A stretch of DNA of 64,000 bases from Candidatus Latescibacterota bacterium (GCA_965207885.1 OZ242311.1:352001-416000), one strand, 5' to 3'. Shown: positions 6,123 through 17,252, counted from the first letter of the stretch. Notes: generated by a model from the sequence alone, not told the origin. A program made the numbers and translations.

Positions 6123-9100
6123 TTAAACTCCTTTAAATTCCCTTCGTTCCGTCAGCCACAAGCCCTTTGCGATGACCGTTTCACCGGTGAATTTCGTCCA
6201 GTGTCTGGCATAGGTGTTTACCTGGTCGGCTGTTTGTTCACACAGTGCCTGTACATCTTCGTCGGTTTTCACTGCATTGGTTTTGTAATCGACGATTTTC
6301 CATCCTCTGGGCAGGCGATAGACCAGGTCGATGACGCCGCGAATAATTTCGCTGGCGTTGTTCTTCGCTTGCGATACCGCAAAGGGGACTTCGGTATAGA
6401 CGGTTTCCGAGGCCTGTATTTCCGTCCATATCTCCGAGTTGCGAAATTGCTGCAATGCATCCAGTGCGTTCGGTAAAAACTCGGCGTCTGCACCTGCCTC
6501 CTGTAGCAAATGTATGACATAAGGTGTGGGATCATCGGGCAATCGCATGTTGATGGCGTCGTCGAATATCCGGTGGATTACGGTGCCATACGCAGCGCCT
6601 TTGCCTGCTGCTGATCGCTCTTCGTCCGTATATGTGATGTCCGCCCGGTCATCTGTTACCTGTATTACTTCAAAGGATTGTTTTTGCACGGTTTTCCAGA
6701 ATTGATCTCTTTGTACTCGTTCCATTTCTACAGACGGTGTTTTGGTTGATGGGGTTTCTGGGGTGGGTTGCGCTGAATGGTCGCCGTGCGCCAGTTCGGG
6801 CACGTTTTTTAGATGGGGATAGAGCGGCGACCACGGTCCATGGTCGGGTTTTTCCTCGTAGGTGGATACTACGAGCAAGTTTTCTGCGCGCGTTGCTGCT
6901 ACGTAGAGCAATCGCAGTTCTTCGCCTTGCAAAAATTGCGTTTCTTCAGCTTGGGCATCTTCCCAACTCACAGGTTCGGCGACAACCTCGCGTTGATACG
7001 GTCCGCGGGGTTTTGTAATGGGCAATGCCAAAAAGGGCTCTTCGCGGGTGCGAGATACGTGAAATTCGGGACCATAGCGCGTGTAACTCGTGTCATAGGG
7101 GTCGGCGAGGAAGACGATTTTGCCCTGTAATCCCTTGGCCTGATGCAGGTTCATCAATCGCACGACGTTTTCCTGTGCGGAGGGGATGGTCATTTGTTCA
7201 ATTTTGTAGTCTCTGTCGTCAATGAGGGCGCGCAGTTCGGTCACCACCTGCCCCCAATGCATTCCCTGTGCGCTCCATTCGCGGATGAGAGATAATATGC
7301 GGATGAGATTGCCAGCGTGTGTTTCTCCCATGGGCAGGGTGCGCACAAAAGGCAGGAGGCCGAGTCTTTCTACACAGCGCGCTATGGCAGTATCTGGCGA
7401 TAGGGAGTGTAACCATTCCAACGCTTTTTTGAGATGGTCATAAGCCTGCTCGAATGTTCGGCGCAATTCTCGATCCATTCCTTTGGGTAAATCGCGTGTC
7501 CAATTAAAATCACCACCTGCTTTTTTGAACGCATAGAGGGCATCATCTCCCAGGCCGACGAGATCTCCCCGCAAATAGGCGAGTAGTGGTAGCGGATTGT
7601 CGGGCATATAAACGGTTTCCAAAAAATCTGTGAGCGTATGCAATACGTCTGCTTCACCCAGGCGATTGCCTCCCGTGATTTCAAAGGGAATGCTGCGTTC
7701 CTCCAGTGCCTGGGCGTAATGGGACAAATAGCCAGAGGTGCGCGTTAAGATGAGAAAGTCGCCCGGCGATGCGTTGGCGGCTTCTCCATTAATTTCCGTT
7801 TTGCCTTCTATGGCTGTTGCGATGAAGTTTGCAATCCGCGCGGCGTCTTCCTCTGCGATCTGGCTTCGGCTGTTGCGATAGACTTTGTCGATTGAGATTC
7901 GGCGGACCGCCATATTTTCACCATTGGGTCTGTATTTGAATAGCGGAGCAAATTCGGCTTGATAGGGTTTTTCATGCGCGGTGAACAGGGGTTCAAATGC
8001 CGCGTTGATCCAATCGCAGAGGTGACCCAGTGAGCGAAAGTTCGTGTTCAGGTTGACGATATCGCCATTGGTATTGTCAATGCGGTTGCGGACGAGGTCA
8101 AAGGTTTCGACATCCGCGCGGCGAAAGCGATAGATCGATTGTTTGCCGTCGCCTACTAAAAATAAGCTGCCCGGGCGGGGTGTGAGTTTGCGCCAATCGG
8201 TTTCTTGCAGGTTTTCGCCGGTTAAATACAGCAATATTTCGGCCTGGATGGGATCGGTATCCTGAAATTCATCTACGAATAGGCAGTGATAGCGATCCTG
8301 AAAGTGGCGGCGCACTTCGGGGTGGTCGCGCAGTAATCGCGCGGCGAGTTCGAGCAGGTCTTGAAATGTGAGGCGGCCGGATTCGCGGCGGGTTCTGGCG
8401 TATTCTGCAACTGCGTCATCGACAAAAGGAGCAGCGAACCGGTAGATGTATTGCCGCCATCTGGTGAGGGTGGGGTCGAGTATTTCGGTTTGAAATTCGG
8501 GTAATAAGGTGTCTCGCAAGTGTTTTGCAAAATCCTGGTTGGGCGTCCAGCTTTTGAGGGTGACACCGAGGTTTCCGCTGAGTATTTTCAGGAGTTCGAT
8601 GCGATCCGCGTCGGACTGAATCCCCCGGTTCGACAGGAATAATCGCGCGCGGGACAATGCTGTCTGGAGGGCATCGCGTCTGCCGGAAAGTGGATCGGGG
8701 ATATGGGCTTCCGTGCGTTGCAGAAATGCTTCAAGTTGTGAAACTGCGGTCGATAAATCGGGTTTTTGTACTGGTTCGCTTACGAGCGGTACATCGCTGA
8801 ACTGGTAGCGTCTTTGAAAAAATCCATACAGGTCTTCCGGGCGCAGACCCAGTTCTTCAAATTTGACGAGTCGCGGGTCTTCAGATAGAAAACGCTGCTG
8901 GACAAATTGATCCCACGCTTCGCGGCGCATGACGGCTTCTTCGCGTTCTTCGACTTCTGAAAAGTCGGGTGGCAGGCTCGCTTCAACGGGTCGTTCTCGC
9001 AATAACTGGCCGCAGAATGAGTGTATGGTGCCAATAAAGCATTGATCTACTTTTTCGAGTGCGTTTTGAATGCGGTCCAGGTCCTCACCGTCTGCGTTTT

Positions 9101-9332
9101 TGGCACGCGATTTTAATTCACTGAAAAATCGCCCGCGCATTTCACCTGCTGCTTTGCGCGTAAAGGTGATGGCGGATAGTTGATCTACGGCTACGACCCC
9201 TTTTTCCACCGCGTTCACCATCCGCTGCACCAGCGCATAGGTTTTTCCCGCACCAGCTCCTGCGAGCACCATCATATTGCGATCCAGTGCTTCGGCTATT
9301 TTATCGCGTGCTTGTTGATCTCGAAGGTTCAT
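6123..9332 (-). CDS. addA: AddA-like ATP-dependent helicase/nuclease (UvrD family plus RecB-type nuclease)
   Basis: AGAGAGKT, TFTRKAAGE, DEFQD, GDGKQSIYRFR, HQAKGL, ELRLLYVAATRA; C-terminal RGVIDLV...IVDYKT. Confidence 0.88.
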   Translation of the reverse strand: MNLRDQQARDKIAEALDRNMMVLAGAGAGKTYALVQRMVNAVEKGVVAVDQLSAITFTRKAAGEMRGRFFSELKSRAKNADGEDLDRIQNALEKVDQCFIGTIHSFCGQLLRERPVEASLPPDFSEVEEREEAVMRREAWDQFVQQRFLSEDPRLVKFEELGLRPEDLYGFFQRRYQFSDVPLVSEPVQKPDLSTAVSQLEAFLQRTEAHIPDPLSGRRDALQTALSRARLFLSNRGIQSDADRIELLKILSGNLGVTLKSWTPNQDFAKHLRDTLLPEFQTEILDPTLTRWRQYIYRFAAPFVDDAVAEYARTRRESGRLTFQDLLELAARLLRDHPEVRRHFQDRYHCLFVDEFQDTDPIQAEILLYLTGENLQETDWRKLTPRPGSLFLVGDGKQSIYRFRRADVETFDLVRNRIDNTNGDIVNLNTNFRSLGHLCDWINAAFEPLFTAHEKPYQAEFAPLFKYRPNGENMAVRRISIDKVYRNSRSQIAEEDAARIANFIATAIEGKTEINGEAANASPGDFLILTRTSGYLSHYAQALEERSIPFEITGGNRLGEADVLHTLTDFLETVYMPDNPLPLLAYLRGDLVGLGDDALYAFKKAGGDFNWTRDLPKGMDRELRRTFEQAYDHLKKALEWLHSLSPDTAIARCVERLGLLPFVRTLPMGETHAGNLIRILSLIREWSAQGMHWGQVVTELRALIDDRDYKIEQMTIPSAQENVVRLMNLHQAKGLQGKIVFLADPYDTSYTRYGPEFHVSRTREEPFLALPITKPRGPYQREVVAEPVSWEDAQAEETQFLQGEELRLLYVAATRAENLLVVSTYEEKPDHGPWSPLYPHLKNVPELAHGDHSAQPTPETPSTKTPSVEMERVQRDQFWKTVQKQSFEVIQVTDDRADITYTDEERSAAGKGAAYGTVIHRIFDDAINMRLPDDPTPYVIHLLQEAGADAEFLPNALDALQQFRNSEIWTEIQASETVYTEVPFAVSQAKNNASEIIRGVIDLVYRLPRGWKIVDYKTNAVKTDEDVQALCEQTADQVNTYARHWTKFTGETVIAKGLWLTERREFKGV

Positions 9333-12304
9333 ATTCCCATCCAGCGATTGAGGCTGTCCAGCAAGAGTGCGAAGTCGGGGTCGTCGTCCATTGTTTCACG
9401 CGCGGTGGCGAGGGCGTTGGCGTCCAGGCGTTCTTTGCTGCAGACGCGGTTGTAGATGCAGTAGTCGCATTCCTGGGATTTTTGTATGTGAAAAAAGCCA
9501 CCGTTCTCTACCAGTTCGAGCAAGGGGCGCAACACATTGGCGAGTGTTTCGGGTGCTGGCGGCGTTTCTGAAAGCCTGCGGCCGTGTTCTCTGTCGCCGG
9601 GAAAGACGTAACCGGATAATTGTACGCGGCCAGGTTCGCGTTGTTGTCTCAAGATCGAATTCAGAGCATAAGCGTACAGTGCCCATTGCAGATGCGTGCC
9701 GCGTTTGAGCAGGTCCCGTTCGTCGTATTGCGCCATGGATCCGGTTTTGTAATCCCAAATTGCAAAGTTGTCTTCGACTCGATCTACGCGGTCAATACGC
9801 CCGCGGATGCGAATCGCGACATCTTCTGCGAGTTCGAGTGTCACAGGGGGTTCGCAATTCAGCCCGCCCGATTCGCCAAATCCGAAGCTCACTTCAAATG
9901 CGAGGGGATCGGCGTCTTTTTGATCGGACTCGACGGATAGAAATACCTGGGCGGCTTGCAATAGACGTTTGACGTCGGCGCGATACGCCGCTTCGTGTTC
10001 AACGGGATGGGTTTCTTTTTTGGCTTCTATTTCTCGTTCTAAGATTTCACGAATAAGCGTTCCGTGTCGTTCGCGGTCGGGGCGTTCTCCTCGCGCTTTC
10101 AGGGTTTGCATGAATTTGTGGAATAAGCTGTGTAATAACGCGCCAAAAGACAGGGGATCGAGCCATCGCGTGGGGTCGATTTCGATTTTTTCTATGGGTT
10201 GTATTTCGAGTACGTAGTTCAAAAAATACCGGTACGGACATCGGGCGAGCATTTCCAGTTTTGAGGGTGAAAAGATGCGGTGCTGTTCGGTAATCGCCAG
10301 TTCGGGTGTGGGCTTGCCGAGCCATCCATCATAGGTCGTCAATCCGTCCCATTCGCGATTGCGGCGCGCCTTTTGTCCTGCGACCAGATGGGGGAAGGTC
10401 TGATGCACAACGGATTCGTAGTCGGCTGAGGCGTGGTGCGCTATCAGTGCCTCTGCGTCGTCCAGCGCCTGTGTAGATGTTTGGGGCAAAGTGGGTGCAA
10501 CAGGTATAGGGTTGATGTTCATCTGTTCGGCGGCTTGCTGAAAGAGGGCGGCGGGATAGCGTTCCCGGCTGTCGGATAGGCTTCGATGGCAGGACAATAA
10601 TGTCACTTTGTTAGATGCCATGCCCAATACGCGGATGAGATGCCACACTTGCTCGGCGGGTCGCGTGCGGCGCAGTTCCAGTTCACCGGATACGCCCGAG
10701 CGCTCGCCATCTAATAGTATTGGGTCTTCTGTTGCGCCACCGGGGAAGGTGGCTTCGTCCAGGCCTGTGATGTAAATATGTGCGCGATTGGTGTATCCCG
10801 CGCGCGAAAGCGGGGCTATTGCCAGATGTCCGGATTTGGCTGCTTCGGCTTTAAAAGAGAGGTTGGCGATCAATTCAGATAGACGGTTTGCCAGTCGGCG
10901 TACAGGTGCTTTGCGGCGCACGGATTGGGCCACGTGGTGCAGACGATCCCGGATCGCGGTGAGGACCTCATCTTCGGCGTTTGCAAAGTGCGCGAGAAAT
11001 TGCAAGCCAGCATTGACCAGCGCACCAAGCGATACACGGGGTCCGCTGGGGATGAGATCGAATAAGCGTTTGAGTTCTTCTTCAACGGCTTCGATTTCCT
11101 CAAGGGTTAATCCGCGATGGTCGGTTTCCGAGTTTTCACTGTCTCTATGGCGCAGGTCGGCTTTTATCTGGTTCAGGGCAGTAAAATAACGCCGAGGACC
11201 TTCGCCTTCGCCAATATGCGCGTGTTGGAGGACGGTTGCAATTACAGGTGCGCCTTCGGTGGCGATCAGGCCCGCGCGGCACATCATTACGAGTTCGTCT
11301 GCGGGGTATCCAGCGCCTATCCACCGGTAGAAGTTCACCAGTGCGCGACCGGTTCGGGTTGTCGAAACAGGTATGCCTTCGGCAAATGTGGCGGGCAGCC
11401 CATATCGCTGAACCGCATCGCACAACAGGCTCACATAGGGCATTTCTGAGGTGTATGCGATTTCGACGGTGTCCAGGGGTATGGTTCCCGATCTTATGTC
11501 GCGCAATACGGTGCTGATTTCTGTTTCGATGCCGAGGGTTTCGCGCAGTTGGATTTGAGATTTGTCTCTGGGGAACAATCTCGATTTAGATATGTTTCCG
11601 CCTACTCCGATTTTGCCTGTGTTAGCGGGATAGGGTGCTTTGGGAAAGCGTTTTGCCGCACTGTGTGGCGGAGGCGATACACCCATATTATTTCGCCCGA
11701 TGCGGCAGATATAACACTGTGTTTTTTCACTGAGATAGTCGAATGCCAGTTTGGGTAATGGGGTTTCGTCCAGGATGGCATAGTGTGTGTTTTGTGAAGG
11801 TGTTAGATGTTTCAATGCACGTCGATACAATACGGCGTTGTCGTAGAGGTTATCTCTTTCAAATGTCGCGCAATACGTCTGGTAAAGTCGCTGTAATACC
11901 CGATGCCGCGTGCCTTTCTCAGAAAGCGAGTCGGGTTCCAGTTCCAAACCCGCTGCACGCAGGACGCGCAATGTGCGCAGGAAAGGTCGCGTGAGCGCGG
12001 TGGCCTGTTGTGCGAAGTAATCATCATTGACTTCGCGCACGGCCCGGGGGATCATTTCGTCCAGCCAGAATAAGTCCGCGTCTTGCACCATGCGCGCATG
12101 TCCTTCCGCGATGAGATGGGCACCCGCATCTTTTTCCGCGAGGCTGCGCGGGGTTTCGATTTGCAAGTTCAGCCACGAATATCCCGTTTCCGCAAGTGCG
12201 AGTGTCAGGTCGTGCCCTGTGGTCATGGTGGGGACGATCAGCACTTTTGCGTCGATTGGATGCGCGTCACAGAATGCTTTTAGTTGTGCGAGGTGGTATT
12301 GCAT
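9329..12304 (-). CDS. addB: AddB-like PD-(D/E)XK nuclease subunit with Fe-S cysteines
   Basis: SPSKLEMLARCPYRYF, RGRIDRVD...WDYKTG, QWALYA, CDYC...C; 4-bp overlap with addA. Confidence 0.85.
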   Translation of the reverse strand: MQYHLAQLKAFCDAHPIDAKVLIVPTMTTGHDLTLALAETGYSWLNLQIETPRSLAEKDAGAHLIAEGHARMVQDADLFWLDEMIPRAVREVNDDYFAQQATALTRPFLRTLRVLRAAGLELEPDSLSEKGTRHRVLQRLYQTYCATFERDNLYDNAVLYRRALKHLTPSQNTHYAILDETPLPKLAFDYLSEKTQCYICRIGRNNMGVSPPPHSAAKRFPKAPYPANTGKIGVGGNISKSRLFPRDKSQIQLRETLGIETEISTVLRDIRSGTIPLDTVEIAYTSEMPYVSLLCDAVQRYGLPATFAEGIPVSTTRTGRALVNFYRWIGAGYPADELVMMCRAGLIATEGAPVIATVLQHAHIGEGEGPRRYFTALNQIKADLRHRDSENSETDHRGLTLEEIEAVEEELKRLFDLIPSGPRVSLGALVNAGLQFLAHFANAEDEVLTAIRDRLHHVAQSVRRKAPVRRLANRLSELIANLSFKAEAAKSGHLAIAPLSRAGYTNRAHIYITGLDEATFPGGATEDPILLDGERSGVSGELELRRTRPAEQVWHLIRVLGMASNKVTLLSCHRSLSDSRERYPAALFQQAAEQMNINPIPVAPTLPQTSTQALDDAEALIAHHASADYESVVHQTFPHLVAGQKARRNREWDGLTTYDGWLGKPTPELAITEQHRIFSPSKLEMLARCPYRYFLNYVLEIQPIEKIEIDPTRWLDPLSFGALLHSLFHKFMQTLKARGERPDRERHGTLIREILEREIEAKKETHPVEHEAAYRADVKRLLQAAQVFLSVESDQKDADPLAFEVSFGFGESGGLNCEPPVTLELAEDVAIRIRGRIDRVDRVEDNFAIWDYKTGSMAQYDERDLLKRGTHLQWALYAYALNSILRQQREPGRVQLSGYVFPGDREHGRRLSETPPAPETLANVLRPLLELVENGGFFHIQKSQECDYCIYNRVCSKERLDANALATARETMDDDPDFALLLDSLNRWMGI

Positions 12305-12341
12305 GGAATTATTCCTGATAAATTTGCAATAATTTACGATC

Positions 12342-12368
12342 GGGCGGGCACAGGGGCACCGCCCCTAC
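12342..12368 (-). repeat. GTAG-type REP palindrome
   Basis: Minus strand GTAGGGGCGGTGCCCCTGTGCCCGCCC; related copies at 44764 and 61249. Confidence 0.7.
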
Positions 12369-14837
12369 CTACTCATATCGCAATGTCTCAGTGGGATTTG
12401 TTCGGGCGGCTTTCCACGCCTGTGTGCTTACGGTTAATAGCGCGATTCCCAATGTCAAGAGGCTTCCGAGGACGAATGGGGTCGCGCCGAGTTCAATCCG
12501 ATAGGCAAAATGCTGCAACCATCGATCCATTGCCAGATAAATAATCGGATAGGCGATCAGGTTTGCGATTCCGACGAGTATGACAAATTCTCTGCACAGG
12601 AGTATAACGAGATTCCAGACGGATGCGCCCATTGTTTTGCGTATGCCTATTTCTTTTGTGCGCTGTTCTGCGGTGAAGGCTGCCAGACCCAGCAGTCCCA
12701 GACACGCTACGAAGATCGCGATGACAAATGCCGCGCTGAATATTTGTCCCGTGCGCTGGTCGTCCCGATACCAGCGTTCCAATTGGTCGGACGCAAAGGC
12801 GATTTCGGGCGAGCGGGTGGGCAGAAATTCCGTCCAGGTGCGTTGTAGAAATGCCATTGTTTCTGAGAGTCCTTGCGGTCGAACCCGCATGGAGAGGTGA
12901 CTGAGGCGATACCACGCGGCTGTGATGACCAGTGGTTCGATGGTTTCGTAGAGGGGCCGATAGTGAAAGTCTTTGACCACGCCGATCACATGTCCTTTTC
13001 GAACGTGTGAGTTCAGTGTTTTTCCTATGGGGTCTGTCCAGCCAAATACTTTTGCTGCTGTTTCGTTTATGACGAATAATTCGCCGGGTTTGCCGCGTCT
13101 TTCCCACGCGCGTTCCGCGTACGTGCGGTCGTAATTTCGCCCGGATAGCAGGGGTATGTCGTAGCAGTCTATAAATGCCTCGTCTGCGCCAAATACCCGC
13201 ACTTCAACGCCCCGGTTTGGGTCGCCTTCTGGGAAGAACCACTCGCGGTTGGGCCAGCTGTTTCCCGGCAGATTCGATGTTGCCGATACGGCTGTGATGT
13301 TCGGGTGTTGTGAGAATGCGTCTTTTATCTGAAGATACCGCTTTTGCAACTGTCCGCCATTGCTCTGATATCGGTCTTGCCGGAAGATTGAGGCGACGAC
13401 GACTTCTTCTTTGTTAAATCCCAGGTCTTTTTCCTGGATCAATCGCATTTGATCGGCTACAATGATGGTTCCTATGATCAATATAATAGATATTGCAAAT
13501 TGCAATACGACGAGTCCTTTTCGCACATGAGCCTGGGCTGATCCGGCTTTGATTGCCCCGCCTTTCAATACGGTCGCGGGTTCGAATGCGGAGAGGTAGA
13601 GTGCGGGATAGCTTCCGGATAATAGCCCGACGAACAGGGTGATTCCCAGGATCCAGAGGGTTAATCCGCTGTTCAGGGTGAGGTTTTCTTGCACAAATGC
13701 GCTGAACGGAGGTAGTGCGAGATATACCAATCCGAGGGCTATACAGGCGGATAGGGAGGCTAAGAGGAGGGATTCGCCCAGGAATTGCTTTATGAGGTGC
13801 GAGCGATATGCACCTACGACTTTTCGGAGTCCCACTTCTTTTGCGCGGCTGGCGGATCGGGCTGTGGAGAGGTTCATGAAGTTGATGCAGGCTATTGTGA
13901 GGATGAAAAAGCCCACGAGTCCCAGCAGATAGATTTGCTGTATGTCTTTGTAGGGTCTTCCCGCGTCGCCTATAAATCCGGGCATATCGATTTTGGAATA
14001 CAGGTGCATGCGCGAGACGGGATGGAGATAATAGCGCACGGTTTCGCTTTCGTCTTCTGCGATTTCCGCATAGCGTTCGACGAGTTCCGGCAATTTCCGA
14101 GCGATGTCTTCGGGGTTGGCTCCGGGTTTCAGGCGCAGGTATGTGTTTGCCGGGCGCGAGTACGCTGGCGGCAACCAGTGATCCCACGATCTGCGCTGGC
14201 GAACGCCCTGTGGCATGGTGGCGGTGATGAAGTCATATTGAAACCGGGAGTTGTCGGGTGCTTGTCGAATGACGCCAGTGATTTGATATGTGCCGCCAAA
14301 TAGATTGTGATCTACGGTGATTATTTTTCCGATTGGATCGGTGGTTCCGAAGAATTTTCGTGCGATGGATTCTGTTATGACGACGGAAAATGGGTCTTGT
14401 AATACAGTTTGGGGATCGCCTGTCAGGACTTCAATGCCGAAGAATGCGAATACGTTGGGGTCGCTTAGCCAGAACATCTGTTGAAACGATTTTTCCCCGG
14501 CGTTTATCCAGCGGAGGCCAGCCCAAAAGCGCGTGGCGTCTTCCACGTCTGGAAATTCTTCGGGCAACACAGTTGCCAGTGGTCCCTGCTGGCCCGTGTT
14601 CCACGCTATCCGCCCGTTTGCATGGCGGGTTTGTTTCATGACGCGGTAGGTGCGCGCTACTTCTGGGCGAAACCGGTCGTAGCTCAGTTCATAGGAGATG
14701 TAGATCGCGAGCAATACCGCACACGCCATTCCGAGTGCCAGTCCCGATAAGTTGATCAATGAATAGCCCGGATGTCTCAGGAGGTTGCGGATGGCGATGG
14801 TGAGGTAGTTTTTTGCGAGGTAGAGGGTTTGTTTCAT
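12369..14837 (-). CDS. MacB/FtsX-type ABC transporter permease
   Basis: NYLTIAIRNL, IACINFMNLSTARS..RAKEVGLRKVVGA, RTKEIGIRK, NPTETLRYE; start taken at ATG 14837. Confidence 0.92.
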   Translation of the reverse strand: MKQTLYLAKNYLTIAIRNLLRHPGYSLINLSGLALGMACAVLLAIYISYELSYDRFRPEVARTYRVMKQTRHANGRIAWNTGQQGPLATVLPEEFPDVEDATRFWAGLRWINAGEKSFQQMFWLSDPNVFAFFGIEVLTGDPQTVLQDPFSVVITESIARKFFGTTDPIGKIITVDHNLFGGTYQITGVIRQAPDNSRFQYDFITATMPQGVRQRRSWDHWLPPAYSRPANTYLRLKPGANPEDIARKLPELVERYAEIAEDESETVRYYLHPVSRMHLYSKIDMPGFIGDAGRPYKDIQQIYLLGLVGFFILTIACINFMNLSTARSASRAKEVGLRKVVGAYRSHLIKQFLGESLLLASLSACIALGLVYLALPPFSAFVQENLTLNSGLTLWILGITLFVGLLSGSYPALYLSAFEPATVLKGGAIKAGSAQAHVRKGLVVLQFAISIILIIGTIIVADQMRLIQEKDLGFNKEEVVVASIFRQDRYQSNGGQLQKRYLQIKDAFSQHPNITAVSATSNLPGNSWPNREWFFPEGDPNRGVEVRVFGADEAFIDCYDIPLLSGRNYDRTYAERAWERRGKPGELFVINETAAKVFGWTDPIGKTLNSHVRKGHVIGVVKDFHYRPLYETIEPLVITAAWYRLSHLSMRVRPQGLSETMAFLQRTWTEFLPTRSPEIAFASDQLERWYRDDQRTGQIFSAAFVIAIFVACLGLLGLAAFTAEQRTKEIGIRKTMGASVWNLVILLCREFVILVGIANLIAYPIIYLAMDRWLQHFAYRIELGATPFVLGSLLTLGIALLTVSTQAWKAARTNPTETLRYE

Positions 14838-14869
14838 GGGATATAGGTATAAAGGGAGAAGAGAGGATC

Positions 14870-14906
14870 CCGTCATCGCGGCATGCAGTTGAGCCGCGAT
14901 CCAGAA
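14870..14906 (+). repeat. REP-like palindrome, family CCGTCATCGCGGC-N-GCCGCGATCCAG
   Basis: Four copies in the window (14870, 18876 rev, 34661, 61207 rev). Confidence 0.8.
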
Positions 14907-15001
14907 TGTTTTGAACTGTCATCCAAAAACCAACGCCGCTCGCCGCGCGAATTAATTATACGATACCTCTCCTGATAACAGAATTAAAATCCGTGAACAC
15001 A

Positions 15002-15673
15002 TCATATTGTATTCATACGAATAACTTTACGACGACGCACTTCGACCTTTGTGATATTTTTTAACGTCCATTCTTCTGGCTCACCCCCTCGTCGGCCATA
15101 CCGAGCATAAAAATGTATAATATCCCCTTCAGTAATATACTCAGCCCATTTTCCTTTACTCACAGATGTATAAGTACATGTAATAGATTCTCCAAATGTA
15201 CCATAATGAAATAGCACTCGTGTATCTGATACTTCTCCGCACTTATCACAAACTAAAAACACATCGGATAAACGTACCATTTCCAATTCTTCCGGTCCCT
15301 TAAACCAATAATTCGGTTCTTTGTAAATTTTTTCAACTGTGGCACAAAAGCGTTTTCTGGGCATCTTGTTTGTCCTCGCAACAGGATAAAATGATAATAC
15401 AGAAAAATTTTCGCTGTGCTGTACCAATTCTAAATTTTTTCTGTGTATCCCTGTATGTTCGGACAAAATATCCAATGCTTCTTTTTCACCCCAACAACCC
15501 TCTATATCTACCAGCCATCTCTCAGGCAACAATCCGTCAATCACAGGATAAAAACCAAGTTTTTCTGGTTCTTTTTCCACATGTCCCAAATACTTACCCG
15601 TCGTATTATCCCTTAATCCGTACAAGCCAGATTCAAAATTTGAATTAGCAAAAGAAAGTGTTTTTTTGCTCAT
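15002..15673 (-). CDS. AT-rich hypothetical protein with possible C-terminal OB-fold
   Basis: 223-aa ORF with GAGG RBS, much lower GC than its neighbours; C-terminal EGDIIHFYARY...WTLKNITKVEV. Confidence 0.6.
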   Translation of the reverse strand: MSKKTLSFANSNFESGLYGLRDNTTGKYLGHVEKEPEKLGFYPVIDGLLPERWLVDIEGCWGEKEALDILSEHTGIHRKNLELVQHSENFSVLSFYPVARTNKMPRKRFCATVEKIYKEPNYWFKGPEELEMVRLSDVFLVCDKCGEVSDTRVLFHYGTFGESITCTYTSVSKGKWAEYITEGDIIHFYARYGRRGGEPEEWTLKNITKVEVRRRKVIRMNTI

Positions 15674-15837
15674 GTGAGACCCTCAATGTGTAGCAAACAT
15701 CAAATCCTATCTACTTTCCACACCTTCCATCTTACCCTGACACACCGGACGGTTTGTCTTTTTTATCATAGTTAGACTGTTATATTCTTTCAAGGCATTT
15801 TTTTGTGGAACGGCATAAGGACGAGGGGAGCAGTCCA

Positions 15838-17154
15838 ATGGAATATGGCAGCCCGATTTTATATAAGCGAGTGGAGATTCCGCCTGAGTTCTGTGTTACG
15901 GGAGAGGAGGGGACCTATGGCGGGGATATCCGGATGGGCGATCTGGTGGGAAATGGGCGGGCAGATTTTCTGGTGTACCGGTCAGTTGACGATGCGCATG
16001 ATGGCGGGGGCATGAAGCCGTGTTTTCTCGGTGCTTTTACCGCGGATGGTGAGGTTCTGTGGCGGGTGGGAGAGGGTGGCGTCCAGCCCAGTCGGCCCGG
16101 TCCTGTCGCTATTTGCGATATTGATGGCGATGGTGCCGAGGAAATTATTTGCTTTTTTTTGGATCCCGCGGTTGAGGCGGATCCCGATTCGATGGCAAAT
16201 GTGGTTGTTCAGATTCGGGACGGGGCGAATGGGGATCTCGTGAAGCAAGATAGTCCCGCTGAGTTGCGGACGTGTCGGGGACAGGGGGCGAATTGGGTCC
16301 ATCAGCGGATTATGATTGCCAATTTTCGGGAGACCGATACGCCTCGAGATTTTGTGATTAAGCTCGGGGGCAAGGTTATTGCTTTTGATGAGGATCTTCA
16401 GGTTCTCTGGACCTATGAATCCAGGTGGACAGAGTACAGCCGATGTCCTGCGTACATTCCCTCGGTTGGAGATATTGACGGCGATGGCAGGGATGAGGTC
16501 AATGGCGGGTATTTTTTATTAGATCACGATGGGACGGTGCTCTGGGAGAAGCAACTTGGATGGAATATGGATTCGGTGTCTATCGCGGAGTGGGATAACG
16601 GGCAGGTGCGCGCGATTTGTTCCGGGTTTGGGCATGTGATGGACGGTTGCGGAAATGTGGTTCTGCGTCTCGGCGAGGAGAAGGTTCCCCACGGTCAGGA
16701 GGTGAGGGTGGCGCGGTTTAGCGCGCACGATCCGTCTCCCCAGATGGTGATTCGATATCAGGGGCACAATACGGATGTTATGGTCATCGATACAAAGGGG
16801 AATTGTCTCAATGATTTCCGTCTCAATCCTTCGCCCAACAATACGGGTATGGAGGTCGTGTACTGGAACGGATCAGACGCGCCTGCGCTTCTGTACAATG
16901 GTGGGATGCTGTGGCTGCCTCTTGAGGGGACCTCTATCCCACTGCCGGGTCTTCCGGATCCCAGACCCGTTGGACGCATGGCCTGGTATCACTGTATTCC
17001 GGCGGATGTGTGCGGAGACGAAAGAGAAGAGGTGGTTTTGTACAATCCGTGGGATACCGCGATCTATATTTATACCCCGTATCCCCTGGATGAGAGTCTG
17101 TATCGGGGATACCAGTCCTCTGCGAGACAATATAACGTGAGGTTGATGGATTGA
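15838..17154 (+). CDS. FG-GAP/beta-propeller protein, polysaccharide lyase family 11-like
   Basis: Repeated DxDGDGxxE Ca-binding motifs (DIDGDGAEEI, DIDGDGRDEV, DVCGDEREEV); start uncertain (15805 or 15838). Confidence 0.7.
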   Translation: MEYGSPILYKRVEIPPEFCVTGEEGTYGGDIRMGDLVGNGRADFLVYRSVDDAHDGGGMKPCFLGAFTADGEVLWRVGEGGVQPSRPGPVAICDIDGDGAEEIICFFLDPAVEADPDSMANVVVQIRDGANGDLVKQDSPAELRTCRGQGANWVHQRIMIANFRETDTPRDFVIKLGGKVIAFDEDLQVLWTYESRWTEYSRCPAYIPSVGDIDGDGRDEVNGGYFLLDHDGTVLWEKQLGWNMDSVSIAEWDNGQVRAICSGFGHVMDGCGNVVLRLGEEKVPHGQEVRVARFSAHDPSPQMVIRYQGHNTDVMVIDTKGNCLNDFRLNPSPNNTGMEVVYWNGSDAPALLYNGGMLWLPLEGTSIPLPGLPDPRPVGRMAWYHCIPADVCGDEREEVVLYNPWDTAIYIYTPYPLDESLYRGYQSSARQYNVRLMD

Positions 17155-17252
17155 GGGCGGTGCTCAGCAAGAAAACTATCTGGTTAATATTGTCATTTGA
17201 AGTTATATTTTAAGTCAACAAAGCACTACCCTTTGTGTAAGAAAGGACAGCC

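Noticed and set aside
6123-12304. Helicase-nuclease pair as a novel defence system
   Set aside because: Size, order and motifs fit the housekeeping AddAB repair complex, with host-like composition.
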